From Thraustochytrium aureum (Eukaryota), in contig BLSG01000387.1 of NCBI GenBank assembly GCA_012862495.1, positions 179,188 to 204,747 on the forward strand: a stretch of DNA of 25,560 nucleotides. The letters are read 5' to 3'. Below the pieces are notes generated by a model, which did no database searches, had not been told where the DNA came from, and saw only the letters and a program-made list of their open reading frames with translations. Both the position numbers and the translations under genes were made by a program. This document shows positions 10,901 through 21,392 of this stretch, in pieces. The first letter of the stretch is position 1. Each line of letters starts with the position of its first letter.

Positions 10901-13900
10901 GGCCCTTGATCTGGACCTTCCAGCGCATGTCGGCGCCGATGCCAGGTGGCGTCGTACAGGTAATCTGCTCGTGCGAGTCGACCTGGCATGATGGGGTGTA
11001 GGCGCTCGGGTTCCCGGCGGGGCCAAAGCTGACCGAATCTAGGTAGGGCGGAAACGCGGACGACGGCCCGAAGTTCTTCCCTAGGATCCGAATGGATTGC
11101 CCGCCCTCCACGTTGAGAGCACTAATAACGGCGCCAGCATTGCCGACAAACCCATCGATAGACGGGTCGGCGTAGTCTGTCACTTCTGCGCGAGATTCTT
11201 GGTCGTCCACATAGAGGGTCCACTGGAGGCCGTCGCCAGCACCAACGGCGGTTGAGCAGCGCACACGCTCGTTCTCAATGAGCACGGAGCAGTCCTTCGC
11301 CTCAAACTCAAGAGGGTTCCCCTCGGGGCCGTAGCGCGCTGTCACTTTGGCCCCATTCAGAGGCCCAAAGTTGCTGCCTTTGATGATGACTTCCTGCCCC
11401 CCCGTCGTGAACGCGTCCTTGCTGCCAGCTCCCTCGTATGCGCCGACCGTGGGGAAATCATACGACGTCGTCGTCCCGCGGAAGACTGTCACATGGCCAC
11501 CTAGGTCGAACGTCCATGTGTGGCCATCTCCGGTGCCTGGTGCGGTCACGCACACGATCTGGGTTGTGCTGACAACGGCGCACCGCGAGGAATAGACGAT
11601 CGTTGACCCGTCCGAAACGCGCTTAGAGCCGCGGTGTACGTCGCCTTGAGGATGTCGCATACAATCCCGTCCTCATTTCCGCTATCCTCTGTGCCGGCGC
11701 GCCCGCACGCAGGCCCAAAGCCGCTTCCTCGAACAATCACCTGCTGGCCGCCGGCCGTTGAGGCCCCACTCACGCCCTCCCCGGAGAGGCCGGTAATGGC
11801 TGGCGGCGCGTACTGGACGCTAAGCGCAGTTTCGTTAGCGAAGTTTCGCTGCTGGCCAAACTCGATGACTACGGGCATGTTGGTACCCATCCCTGGCACG
11901 ATGGCTTGGCAGGTCACTTGCTCGAAGGCGACGGTGACGACGCAGTCCAGGAAAGAGTACTCGCGGGTGACGGCGGCGTTGTGTGCGGACTTGAAGAACG
12001 CAAACGCGGCCGCCGGACGGGCTCCTATGTCGCCAAAGTTTGTGCCGCCGAGAACGACGGGGTCCGGGAGGACTCCTGTTGAAGGGAATGTGCTGGAGCT
12101 GGATGTGAGCACAGTGGGCGGCGCGTAGCTGCCGGCTTGGAGCGACTGGCTTGCGATACCAAGCACGGTCGATGACCATCGAAATCCGGCGCCAAGGCCC
12201 GCAACCGTGGTGCACGTGAGCTCGTTTGCAGCGCTGATGGTACAGCTCGGCCTGTAGCACACGCCGCTGGATGGCACACAGTATTGGACGTTGTTGGCAG
12301 GTGCATACGAATCGAAACCTCCGGGAAAGTCGCCAGCGGAGCCAAGACACGATCCGCTGAGCACAACTGGTGAGCCACCGCGCGTGGGGATGAGGTCTGC
12401 GCCGGTCACAGCGAGCAGGATGGGGGAATCGTATTGCAAATCCGGGGCGGAGAAGGGGGGCGAGGTGTCGCCCTGGATCTCCAAGCCGGTGACGCTGACT
12501 CTGACGGACCAGGAAAACCCGCTTCCGACGCCGGCGCTGGCCGAACATCTGATCTTCGAGTTGTCGCCTGCAACGACTTGCGCCGCACCGCCGCAGGTGT
12601 AGGTGACTCCGGTCACCAAGCTTGTGTAGGTCACTGTAAACGTCGTCGAAGACGCAAGGTTCGCTTGCGTGGTCCCAAGGTTTCGTCCTGTGATCTCGAT
12701 CAAGCTCCCCCCAACGCACGCCAGCGCGCCAGAGCTTGCTGCAGCAACTCCGGTCACGCGAACGTCATTGACGTTGCGAACGCGGACTCGCACCGAAGCT
12801 TGGTCCGAGAGGCCGCCCGAGTCCGTGGCTCTGATCGTAAGAAGATACTCTTGCGCGCTCTCGTAGTCGAGAACAAAGTTGTTGTTGCCCTTCAGGATGC
12901 CGTTCTCAATGCTGAAAATGCCACCACCGTTGCCCGCTGTGATTTCGTATATGAGCGACTCGGGCGTATCGCCCGCGTCTGGGTCTCTGACAATGTCGAG
13001 CATGCTAAAGAGATTCGCATTCTGGTCGAGGTCGCCCTCGTCGACGTCAACAACGTTGTTGGCAGCAAGAAACTTGGGCGCCTCGTTCACATTGGTGGTC
13101 TCCACGCGAAAGGTCTTCTCGGCAGAGAGACCGGGCCCGTCAACAACACGCACTGTGACGTCCCAAGAGGTTTGCGCAGCCTCGAAGTCCAGCGCACGCG
13201 TGACCGTGACGCTCCCCGTTTGGAGGTTGACTTGAAAGGGGCAGTCGCTGCTGCCGCACTCGACGAGCTGGTACGTCAGGGCCCGCCACGATCCGTCGAT
13301 CGAGTGAACATCTGGGTCACTCGCAAAAGATGCCAGAGACGCAAGACTCGCGCCTGGGCTGTTGTTCTCCAGGACTTGAACATCAAGGATTGTTCTGAAT
13401 ATCGGCGCCTCGTTGACGTCGTTGACAGGGATCGTAATGACCGCAACATCATCGGCGCCTGCCCTGTCCCTTACCTGAACAATCAGCTTGTACTCGGACT
13501 TTCCATTCGAGTAGAGGCTCTCGTAGTCCAGCGCCTGCTCGCCAAGCGTAATCTTGCCGTTGCTGGAATCCACCTTGAAGAAGGGGTTGTTCGAAGTCGA
13601 AAAGGTGAACGCCTCGTTGTCGTCAGTGTCCTCGACGAAGAGCTCTTCGAGGATGACGATTTCCACGTTCGGGTCGGTTGCAGCTCGATTCTCGTCGACA
13701 GCCACGGTTGTCTCGTCTCGCAGCGTCGGCGGCGCGTTGCTCTCGACAACCTCGATCTCGAGACTGCAATCCGAGAACGCACCCGCAGTGTCTTGAGCGC
13801 GGAGAGTGGGCGTGTAGACGGTTCCGACAGCTCCAAGCGAACTTGAAGCGGCGGTGTACGCGATGTAGTTGGCGCTTGCGCTGATCGAGAGAAACGACGG

Positions 13901-16900
13901 CACGTTGCCCACGAGCGAAAAGGTGTACGGGTAGACAAACGCCGAGCCGGCGTTCAGGCTATCTTCGTCTGTGGTGCGGGAGTCGAGCACTCCAGGTTTA
14001 TTGACTTGCTGGTTTTGCTCTGCTTGGTTTTTGGCGATCGCAAACCTCTGCGGGCAGTCGGCGATGCGAGGCGGGTCGTTCACGTCGGTGACAACCACCA
14101 CGTAGGTGAGCTCCGCCACCTCTTTGTAAAGCTCCGTGGCGACGCCCTCAATGTACGGCGCGGCCGACTTCCCGTCCGGATAAACACAGCGAAAAAGGCT
14201 ATCGTGCGGGATAGCGCTGGCAAGGACGCGACCGGGAGTGTTTGGGGCGGCAGTGTCGTAGCACTTTTCGTAGCAGCGGCTGTTTTGGCAGATAGCCCCC
14301 CCGCCGCACGAGTTGGGGTTGGACGTTGAGCAGGACGCAGCAATGAGCGCGGAAGGCCCGTTGTCTTGAACGCGAACGTTCAAAGTCCACTCGCGCGAGC
14401 TCAGTTCGTAATTGAGGACCACCGGATTAGTGGTGCCCTCGAAATTGTCGCGTTTCTGAATTTTGAAGCCAGAACCGTCAGGTTGAAGAACGAACAGTTG
14501 CGCCCCATTGCCGCCGATGACACTGTACGTGAGGGTCTCGCCAGCGTCTAGGTCGGTCGCCTGAACAGTGTCGCTTACAAAATCGGAGTTCTCTGGCGCA
14601 TTCTTCTGGACGCGGGCTGATTCGAACGAGGGAGGCTCGTTGGCGTCGAGGACCTTGACATTGATGGTCGTAGTGGCAAACCTGCGCTGTGGGCCACCAT
14701 TGTCCTCGACGCGGACGTTGACGTTTATGGATTTCCCTGCCCCAAGTGACTCGTAGTCGAGTCGCTTGAGCACCTTGATCTCGCCGTTGCCTGAAACGGG
14801 GTTGGTTTGCACGCTGAAAAATTCGTTGACGTCCGCGTTGCTGAACGAGAGGGATTGGGTGGGCGCAAGCTTGCCGAGGAGGACGGTGTCAGCGTTGTCA
14901 GGGTCCGTAGCGAGAATCTCGCCGGGGATTACGAGGCCAACCGGCCATGACTCGAGCACTTCGAACTCGTCGGTGGTTGCGAATGTCGGCGCCTCGTTTA
15001 CATCGACCACGTAAACAATCACCGAGGTGGTCGTGGACTTTTCCGTTCGGTCGGTTGCGATTCCGGACGATTTGGCAGTGACCTCGAGTACGTAGCCTCG
15101 CCCTGTTCCAGAGGACAAATCCGTGCTTGTATCCTCAAAGTCCAGCTGGGCGCTCGTGCTGATTACGCCCGTCGTGGAGTCGATCGTGAACTTTGGGTGA
15201 TTGAGCGAGTAGGTTGTCAAGTCTGTGGCGTCTGTGTCCTCGTCCGTGGTCTGTACGCCAGCTTCCCCATTGCCGGCGGTACAAGTCGCCTCCGGATCTG
15301 CACACACAGGCGCGTTGAGAGCATTCTCTTTGACGTAGAAAACGGTTGCCCCTGTAAACCTTGGCGCGTCGTTCGTGTCAACGACGGAGACTCGGAAAAC
15401 GCCAGAGTCAAAGCCCCCCTTTCCATCCTGCACCTCGATCTCAATGTAGTACTCTTTCTTGGACGACTCGAAATTGATGGTGTCCGCGCCGACGCGGGTG
15501 GTCATGAGCCTGTTGTTGACAATCTTGAAGGCATCGCCGTCGTTCTGGACAATTTGGAAGGTGAGCGAGTCGTTGTCTTCGTCCGTGGCGCTAACCATCT
15601 CGGGCAGTGTGATCGTGTTTTCGGGTTGGTTCTCAGCGATCGTGATGGTACCGGGATCCGCCGCGAGGACAGGAGCGTCGTTGACGTCCATTACGTGGAT
15701 GATGAGGGTCGCGGTGTCGATTTTCGGCGCAAAACGTCCGCCGTTGCCGTCATCCTCGATTGCTATTGTGTACGTGTAGGTGTCTCGTTCCCTGAAGCTA
15801 ATCTCGTCAGAGAACTTTGCAGAGACGAGCCCGGTGCAGGGGTCGATCTTGAAAAGACGCTCGCCCTCGGCGGCGTCTTTGCCGTCGTCACCCGAGATGA
15901 TAGAGTATCGCAGGAAGGAGGCGTCGTCCTCGTCTCGAGCAAGCAGGTTCGCGGCGCGCTCCAACGAGAGCGAGTTGGTGGGGCACCCGAATGGCGCACC
16001 GTTCGTGTCGCAAACAGCGACGGGCACGTTGCGATCGACTTTCTCGTAGATTTGCCGATGATAGATCGTGGTGGCAGCCGTTTGTCCGTCGCCTTCGTCG
16101 TAGTCGTAGAACTCTGGCTTGTCGTTGACGTCGTCAATATTGATCGTGACCTCACAATCGCGCGTGGCAACAACAGCCGAGTCGCTTTTGCGGATCGCGC
16201 TCACGCGCACGAGGGCTAGGTAGCGGACGTTGAGCACGGGCAGGCAGACCTCGTAGTTGAGGCTGCTCGAGGTCCGACGCAGCTCCCCGTTAATGAAAGC
16301 GAAGGCGCCTTGGTTGGTCGCAGGCGAGGTAGGCCTACACGAGTCGACCTGCGGATCGAAGTAGTCGAACGAGTTGAGATTGTACTGGAGCTCATAGTTG
16401 TTGGCAACAACCGCGTTGTTGAGCTCGCCGTTGTAGGTCGCAATCACATACTCGGCGGACATCTCCTCAACGAGGACCTCATCCTTGCCGGTCTCGCATT
16501 TACTCGAACCCCAGGTAAGCAGGCTTGAGCGGAGACCATCCACGCAGACCTCCGCATCGGTACATTGTGCTTCGCTCTGACGGTTCAACCGAAACGATGC
16601 AGAGGTGGGTGTTGAGTAGCTTCCTTGGGCAACAATGCGAGGCAGCGCAGAGCCTGCCGGGCAAAACACCTTCTCGGGCTTGTTTTGCACCGCGCTGAAG
16701 CCCCCTTGCGCGTTCAAAAACACCCAATCATAGCAGTTGATGGACCGCGGGCTGGAATTGGGGACGCCGTTCGGGCATATGTAGCCGGCCTCGCACGGCG
16801 CACAGCTCGCCTCGCTGGTCGCTCCGCTCTCCGCGAAAAAGAGCCCTCCCGGGCAAGTCGAGCGGACCCCTTGCGTGCAGTAGTATCCCGGCTCGCAGAT

Positions 16901-18061
16901 CGTTTCACCAGTCCGCCGCTGCGGCGCGTCGCCCCCAATGGTGTAGTAACCGGGGTTGGCATTGACAGCGGCGACCGAGCCGGTGGGGCAGAACACTGAC
17001 GCACCGCCGCAGTTTCTCGCAAGGTTGCCCGGAGCGGAGCCGTCAGCGAGAGTAGCGCCCGGGCATGCAGTCCCAGACGGGCACACGTACCCGGCCGGGC
17101 ACCTTTGGTTGCACGTCTTGGTGCTCTGGCCAAGGAAGCCACATTGTCCGGGATCGCACAACTTGTTTGAAGGGTTTGCTTGCGTCTCGCCACCGGTGCA
17201 GTAGTGTCCAGGTGCGCACTCTTCGCACTGGTCTGCGGAGCCAAGCCCGTCGCGTGGGCCGTATCTGCCAGGAGGGCAGGTCCTACGCCCCTTCCCCGTG
17301 TTGGGTGAGTCGGCCTGGCTCGTCCCCAGCGGACAAAAGAAACCTTGCGGACAGCGGCTGGTGCAAGTCAGCTTGGTCTCGCCGACGACGCCCATCGTCC
17401 CAGCCGGACAGGGCAAGCAGGAGTCGACACCAACTCCACCCGCCTGATTGCGGTACGTTCCTGCCGGGCATAGCTCGCACTGTGCCCTCACGCCCGCCCA
17501 AAGCTGGTATTCAACGCTCTTGTACGAACCAGCTGGGCAGTCTGCAGGTCGGCCGCAAAGGATGGGGTAGTCTCGAGTGCAGGGCTCGTCGTTCCACTTG
17601 TTTTGCGAGTTGGGCCGATCCCAGTTGTGCACGCAGTCCTCACCGCCGCCGCCGACGTTGTTGGGCTCACCCGGTGCCCAAGCCGTGTACGACAAAACCG
17701 ATCCATCGATCCACTGAAAGGACGTGCCGCTCTGGCCCTGCACCTGGTAAAGGCCAAGCCAGCAAGCGCCAGGGGTGTTGTAGCCATACTGGTTGTCCTT
17801 GCACAGCTGCCACGCCTTCAGGTTTTCGGCGCTGTTGTGAATGGAGAGGAGCCTCCCGCCTTTCGCCTGGCACTCGGCGTCGCCTGCAGCCCACTTGAAG
17901 TCCGTGGTGTCCCCGCTGTAGTACCAGCAGCGCGTATTGACGGGGAACCAGCCCGCCGGGCATACTTCGGGGTCAAACGCGGCCCATGCCGCGTCAGGAA
18001 GCGCGCAAACCAGGAGCGCGACCAAGGCGGCCGCCACTCGCCCGCCCCGTTGGCCTCCCAT
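4914..18061 (-). CDS. Giant nonagonal-type (9-TM) cadherin, ~4,380 aa: signal peptide, C-type lectin, Cys-rich repeats, ~10 cadherin repeats, ~14 IPT/TIG repeats, Cys-rich stalk, 9 TM, coiled-coil tail; split into three ORFs in this assembly
   Basis: ORFs 11546..18061, 9285..11660 and 4914..9269 carry one continuous IPT repeat array across both junctions. Only the first has a signal peptide (AAALVALLVCALPDAAWA) and only the last has TM helices. Junctions are a 1-nt shift near 11615-11617 and an in-frame TGA at 9285-9287, both at homopolymers. Confidence 0.88.
5382..6746 (-). other. Nine-pass transmembrane module
   Basis: Hydrophobic segments: LVIVGFVLLVLIAIAGGWYL; LALFAVTIDWLQVLGVF; YLMETLPLAVLALLLLVHLSY; LVSVWLVIMYICYLGV; LAAVFLVIYGLGFPTGVYFAI; VFWILTILARKLGVAAAALMF; FQLSVILLVLFVAFCIHL; VEAVLLASSIFICLGGVMF; LIAYLVIICIVLTFIYIVTVIMV. 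Confidence 0.82.
7530..12760 (-). other. Array of ~14 IPT/TIG (Ig-like) repeats
   Basis: Recurrent (S/P)TxGGxxxx(I/L)xGxNFG ... (I/L)xCxxxxGxG ... W/V-x-V-x-V-x-GQ ... Y-x-x-P pattern. Confidence 0.88.
8286..8783 (-). other. APCDD1-like domain inserted within an IPT repeat
   Basis: Motif series CE...YGDASC...GEY...VTVTP...L...CG..W.....DVT.....GC..L...TYGIY...KLY...AYRLP matches, in order and spacing, my recollection of the APCDD1 repeat. Not verified by search. Confidence 0.6.
12764..16483 (-). other. Array of ~10 extracellular cadherin repeats
   Basis: Linker motifs DVNDKP, DVNDAP, DTNDAP, DVNEAP, DANEPP, DVNDPP, ESNAPP, DVNEAP, NVNEAP, NVND. Internal xE, AxDxD (ATDED, ATDPD, ATDLD, ASDPD) and LD(Y/F)E motifs. 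Confidence 0.92.
16530..17540 (-). other. Cys-rich CPxG(Y/F)xC repeats (GCC2_GCC3 / ephrin-receptor-like type)
   Basis: Repeated CPAGSY, CPAGTY, CPQGFFCP, CPPGRY, CAPGHYC, CPAGYVCP, CEPGYYC, CEAGYICP. Confidence 0.8.
17555..17962 (-). other. C-type lectin domain with EPN and WND Ca2+/sugar-binding motifs
   Basis: CPAGW...RCWYY...W..GDAEC...GGRLLSIHNSAEN...WLGL...FQWIDGS..SYTAWAPGEPNN....EDCV...KWNDEPC...YPILC. Confidence 0.92.
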
Positions 18062-18074
18062 CGCGCCTGGCCGC

Positions 18075-18218
18075 CCGCGTCACGAGCTCTCGCTTGCCAG
18101 ATACGTTTGCGCGCTCGCTCCGCGTCCGCTGGTTGCTCTGCTCGCCGCGTCACGAGCAATCGCTTGCCAGATCCGTTCGCGCGCTCGCTCCGCGTCCGCT
18201 GGTTGCTCTGCTCGCCGC
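18075..18218. repeat. 70-bp tandem duplication (two copies, 4 mismatches) immediately upstream of the cadherin ATG
   Basis: 18075-18144 vs 18145-18214, unit CCGCGTCACGAGC..TCGCTTGCCAGAT.CGTT.GCGCGCTCGCTCCGCGTCCGCTGGTTGCTCTGCTCG. Confidence 0.92.
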
Positions 18219-18629
18219 TTTGCCGGTCCCTCGCAGCCGCGTTGCGGGTCTGGATGCTCGCTTGCTCGATCGTTGTTTGGTTGAACTGCAATTGCACGGA
18301 AGTAGGTACCGGTAGAGTAGAGTGAGTACCTGACTTCCGACGGAGAATGTGAGTTGGCGGGCGAGCGAGGTGGGTGCGAAAACAGTTGGGCTGTGGAGGA
18401 CCATGATCGACCCTCCCAGCCGCCACCGAGCAGCGCAGCTCGTCGGATTCGAAAGAAACGCTGGCTGCCTCAGGCTGCCTGGATGGACGCGGGCCGCCCT
18501 CCACCACCGGGGAAGCGGCGAGAGGGAGAGCGCGCCTCGCTCGTCGCTGCGTGACTGGGAGGGCGTACAGTCATCAGTCAGTCAGTCGGCCACAGTCATG
18601 GTAACGGAATTCTTTCCTTTTCAATTGAA

Positions 18630-19012
18630 NNNNNNNNNNNNNNNNNNNNNNNNNNNNNNNNNNNNNNNNNNNNNNNNNNNNNNNNNNNNNNNNNNNNNNN
18701 NNNNNNNNNNNNNNNNNNNNNNNNNNNNNNNNNNNNNNNNNNNNNNNNNNNNNNNNNNNNNNNNNNNNNNNNNNNNNNNNNNNNNNNNNNNNNNNNNNNN
18801 NNNNNNNNNNNNNNNNNNNNNNNNNNNNNNNNNNNNNNNNNNNNNNNNNNNNNNNNNNNNNNNNNNNNNNNNNNNNNNNNNNNNNNNNNNNNNNNNNNNN
18901 NNNNNNNNNNNNNNNNNNNNNNNNNNNNNNNNNNNNNNNNNNNNNNNNNNNNNNNNNNNNNNNNNNNNNNNNNNNNNNNNNNNNNNNNNNNNNNNNNNNN
19001 NNNNNNNNNNNN
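18630..19012. other. Assembly gap (N-run)
   Basis: Run of N. Confidence 0.99.
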
Positions 19013-19359
19013 AAAAGCCGGTCTCTAGTCTCTCCCTGTCAAGTGGCGAGCCGTCACGTGGTGAGCCGACTCGGAGTGAGGACGCGTGACAGCCTGATTG
19101 TGCGAGCCCGGAGGAGAATGGCGCCACTCAGTACGCAAGCGATACCTAAGTACGTATACGTACGAGTAAACGTGACGGCGTAGAGGACCTGCAAATGAAT
19201 GAATGCACTGGATCTTGTAGTGAGAAGGAAAGTGGGAAATGAACCGCTGTTTGTTTGCGCTCGGCTGTTGTCCAGCCGTATGTTGTGTGATGTCTCGAGG
19301 TGAAATAGAATGGTCAGTGAAAGTGAAAAATGGTCATGTTACTTAGGTAGAATACACAC

Positions 19360-19379
19360 GCTGGGCTGGGCTGGGCTGG
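19360..19379. repeat. (GCTGG)4 microsatellite
   Basis: Direct reading. Confidence 0.75.
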
Positions 19380-19742
19380 TGCGGCCTGGCTGCCTGCCGA
19401 CAAGGAGTCGCACATCCTGGTGTGGTATGGCCGCCTCTGGTTCGGACAGGTGTGCTCCCAAAGAGTGTTGGATCGCAAGTGGAAAAACGCGCGCGACTGC
19501 AGGAGTGAAAAAAGGGGAGTGCGTCGGCAAGGCCAGAAAAGAGGCGGTGCGCACCTGTCACGTGTCATGTTTTGCGTCACGCATCGCACGCGGAACGACA
19601 CCCAATCTCTGACAAGCAACGCAAAACGCGCTCGGGCGGGCGCAAGCGAAGCACGCACAGGACATACCTAGTCGCGCTGTCGACCTGGTGCGACCTGGCG
19701 CGCGTCCTGCCGGCGCGTCCGAGCAAGTTCGGCCAAGCTCGC

Positions 19743-21392
19743 TCAGGTACCTGTCGTTCCCACTGTGTAGCAGCTGCCGGTCATGTAGGCCAAGCCGTTG
19801 AGCATCGTACTAAGCGAAAAGCACGCAATAGACAGCCTGATGGGGCGAGGGAACATGAACGTGATGCGGCACGGGTAGACCGCAAACTTGTGCGCCAGGA
19901 AAGAGCCCTTGAGAAAATCGGCCGTCTCCTCGGCCACAACCACAGCCAACACCTTGAGAAGAAACGAGTCCGAGCTGACTCGCACAAACCCCAGGAGCAC
20001 GGCGCATACAAGCCCGATCTTCTCCCCGATCCCCTCGTTCGCAAACTTGACCGCCACAACATGTTGGGCCACCATCCCCGAGCCCTGCACGGCTCGCAGC
20101 ATCGAGAATCGAGCGTCCAAAAAGATATTCGCCGTCCAAAAGGCGCCGCAGAGCTCCGTAAGCATGGAGAGCACGCACGTGGTAAGGAAGGCCGCCATGG
20201 TCTTCATTTGCAACATCACCAGGTATGCACTGATCTTGATGCACATCTCCATGAAGATATACAGCACCCCGAGGAACTGGGCGCCAGCAGAGCTTTTCGT
20301 CTTGCGCAGAAACGTCCTCGCGTTCACCTTGACCATGACATGACGCGACAGCACCTGGCAAAAGGGAAATGCAAACCCAGACACGAACACTTCCAATACC
20401 GCGTTGTCCGACGACAGCGCCCACAACAAGTAGAGCGTCAAGATCCCGAAAAATAGCATGTACGACAACGGAAGCAAAAACAGCTTGAGGAAGACCAGCA
20501 GAAGCTTGCAGCGAAGGCGGCGCCGAGCTTTCCACGCAACGCGAAAGCAGTCGGGGGCCCAAAACACGAGACCGAACATCCACAGCGAGTGAAGCCCAAA
20601 CTCGCCGCGAAAAACGGACGAAAACGTCACATAAAAGACTGCCCAGAGGCCCAAGCCTCCGAAACACATGTATGGTGCTGCGCTCAGGATCTTGGGGTGG
20701 AAGACGGACATGAAGCTGTAAAAACCGGCCAACATGGCCGCCCAGATCACTATGCAGAACGAAGCCAGGTCCACCCCGTGCCACTCTGCGATCCACGTCG
20801 CGCACTCAGTTTCCCCGCTCTGGAGTTTGCCAGAGACCAGATCCAGCACCATTTGCTTGTCTAATAAGAAATACTGGAGGCTCGCGACGGCCAAGAGCGC
20901 AATCGCCAGCGAAGGGAGAACTGACGTTGCGATCACGACGATCGCGAATACCGCTCTGTTGAACTGACTTGCAAGCCGCTCTTTCACAGTCGGCATCTCT
21001 TCCGCCGCACACGTCTCTGCGTCGAGCAAGGATGACTTGTTGCTGCGGCGCGAGTAGCGAAAGGCAGTTGATTTCACGAAGGTGGTGTTCTTGATGTGGC
21101 CAAGAGCTGGAGCACTCTCGCGGTTGCTTGCACCCTTTAATATGCTCTGTGCTTCGCCACCGGGACTTGGCGCTACGGACGCCTTCCCCGCTACGGATGC
21201 CTCCCCCGCTGCGTCGCTGCAGCACCGGGACAACACCGCTGCGCATGGTCGAAACCAGCGCGTTGGCCACCTTGAAGCTTGGTCGTGCATACTGCTGTCA
21301 GTCCTCGCGCTGGGGCCAGGTCTGTCTGTCGCATGTCCTGGCAGCCCGCATGAACCCGCGACCTCGGCTACCTCTGCCTCTGCGCGGTCCAT
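19743..21392 (-). CDS. Uncharacterised polytopic membrane protein (~549 aa, ~10-11 predicted TM segments, disordered N-terminus)
   Basis: Uninterrupted ORF. First ATG at 21392 (MDRAEAEVAE); the track start at 21506 is a non-ATG codon. A polar N-terminal ~145 aa is followed by many hydrophobic segments (AVFAIVVIATSVLPSLAIALLAV; LASFCIVIWAAMLAGFY; LLLVFLKLFLLPLSYMLFFGILTLYLLWAL; FLGVLYIFMEMCIKISAYLVML etc.). Confidence 0.8.
   Translation of the reverse strand: MDRAEAEVAEVAGSCGLPGHATDRPGPSARTDSSMHDQASRWPTRWFRPCAAVLSRCCSDAAGEASVAGKASVAPSPGGEAQSILKGASNRESAPALGHIKNTTFVKSTAFRYSRRSNKSSLLDAETCAAEEMPTVKERLASQFNRAVFAIVVIATSVLPSLAIALLAVASLQYFLLDKQMVLDLVSGKLQSGETECATWIAEWHGVDLASFCIVIWAAMLAGFYSFMSVFHPKILSAAPYMCFGGLGLWAVFYVTFSSVFRGEFGLHSLWMFGLVFWAPDCFRVAWKARRRLRCKLLLVFLKLFLLPLSYMLFFGILTLYLLWALSSDNAVLEVFVSGFAFPFCQVLSRHVMVKVNARTFLRKTKSSAGAQFLGVLYIFMEMCIKISAYLVMLQMKTMAAFLTTCVLSMLTELCGAFWTANIFLDARFSMLRAVQGSGMVAQHVVAVKFANEGIGEKIGLVCAVLLGFVRVSSDSFLLKVLAVVVAEETADFLKGSFLAHKFAVYPCRITFMFPRPIRLSIACFSLSTMLNGLAYMTGSCYTVGTTGT

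Noticed and set aside
18075..18218. CRISPR array or transposon termini (also 4519-4559 and 1014-1404)
   Set aside because: Head-to-tail copies with no unique spacers, no cas or transposase genes, and no terminal inverted repeats or target-site duplications.
19053..19566. CACGTG E-box/Pho4-like sites (~19055 and ~19559)
   Set aside because: A 6-mer expected by chance in GC-rich DNA, and far from the transporter promoter, which lies outside the window.
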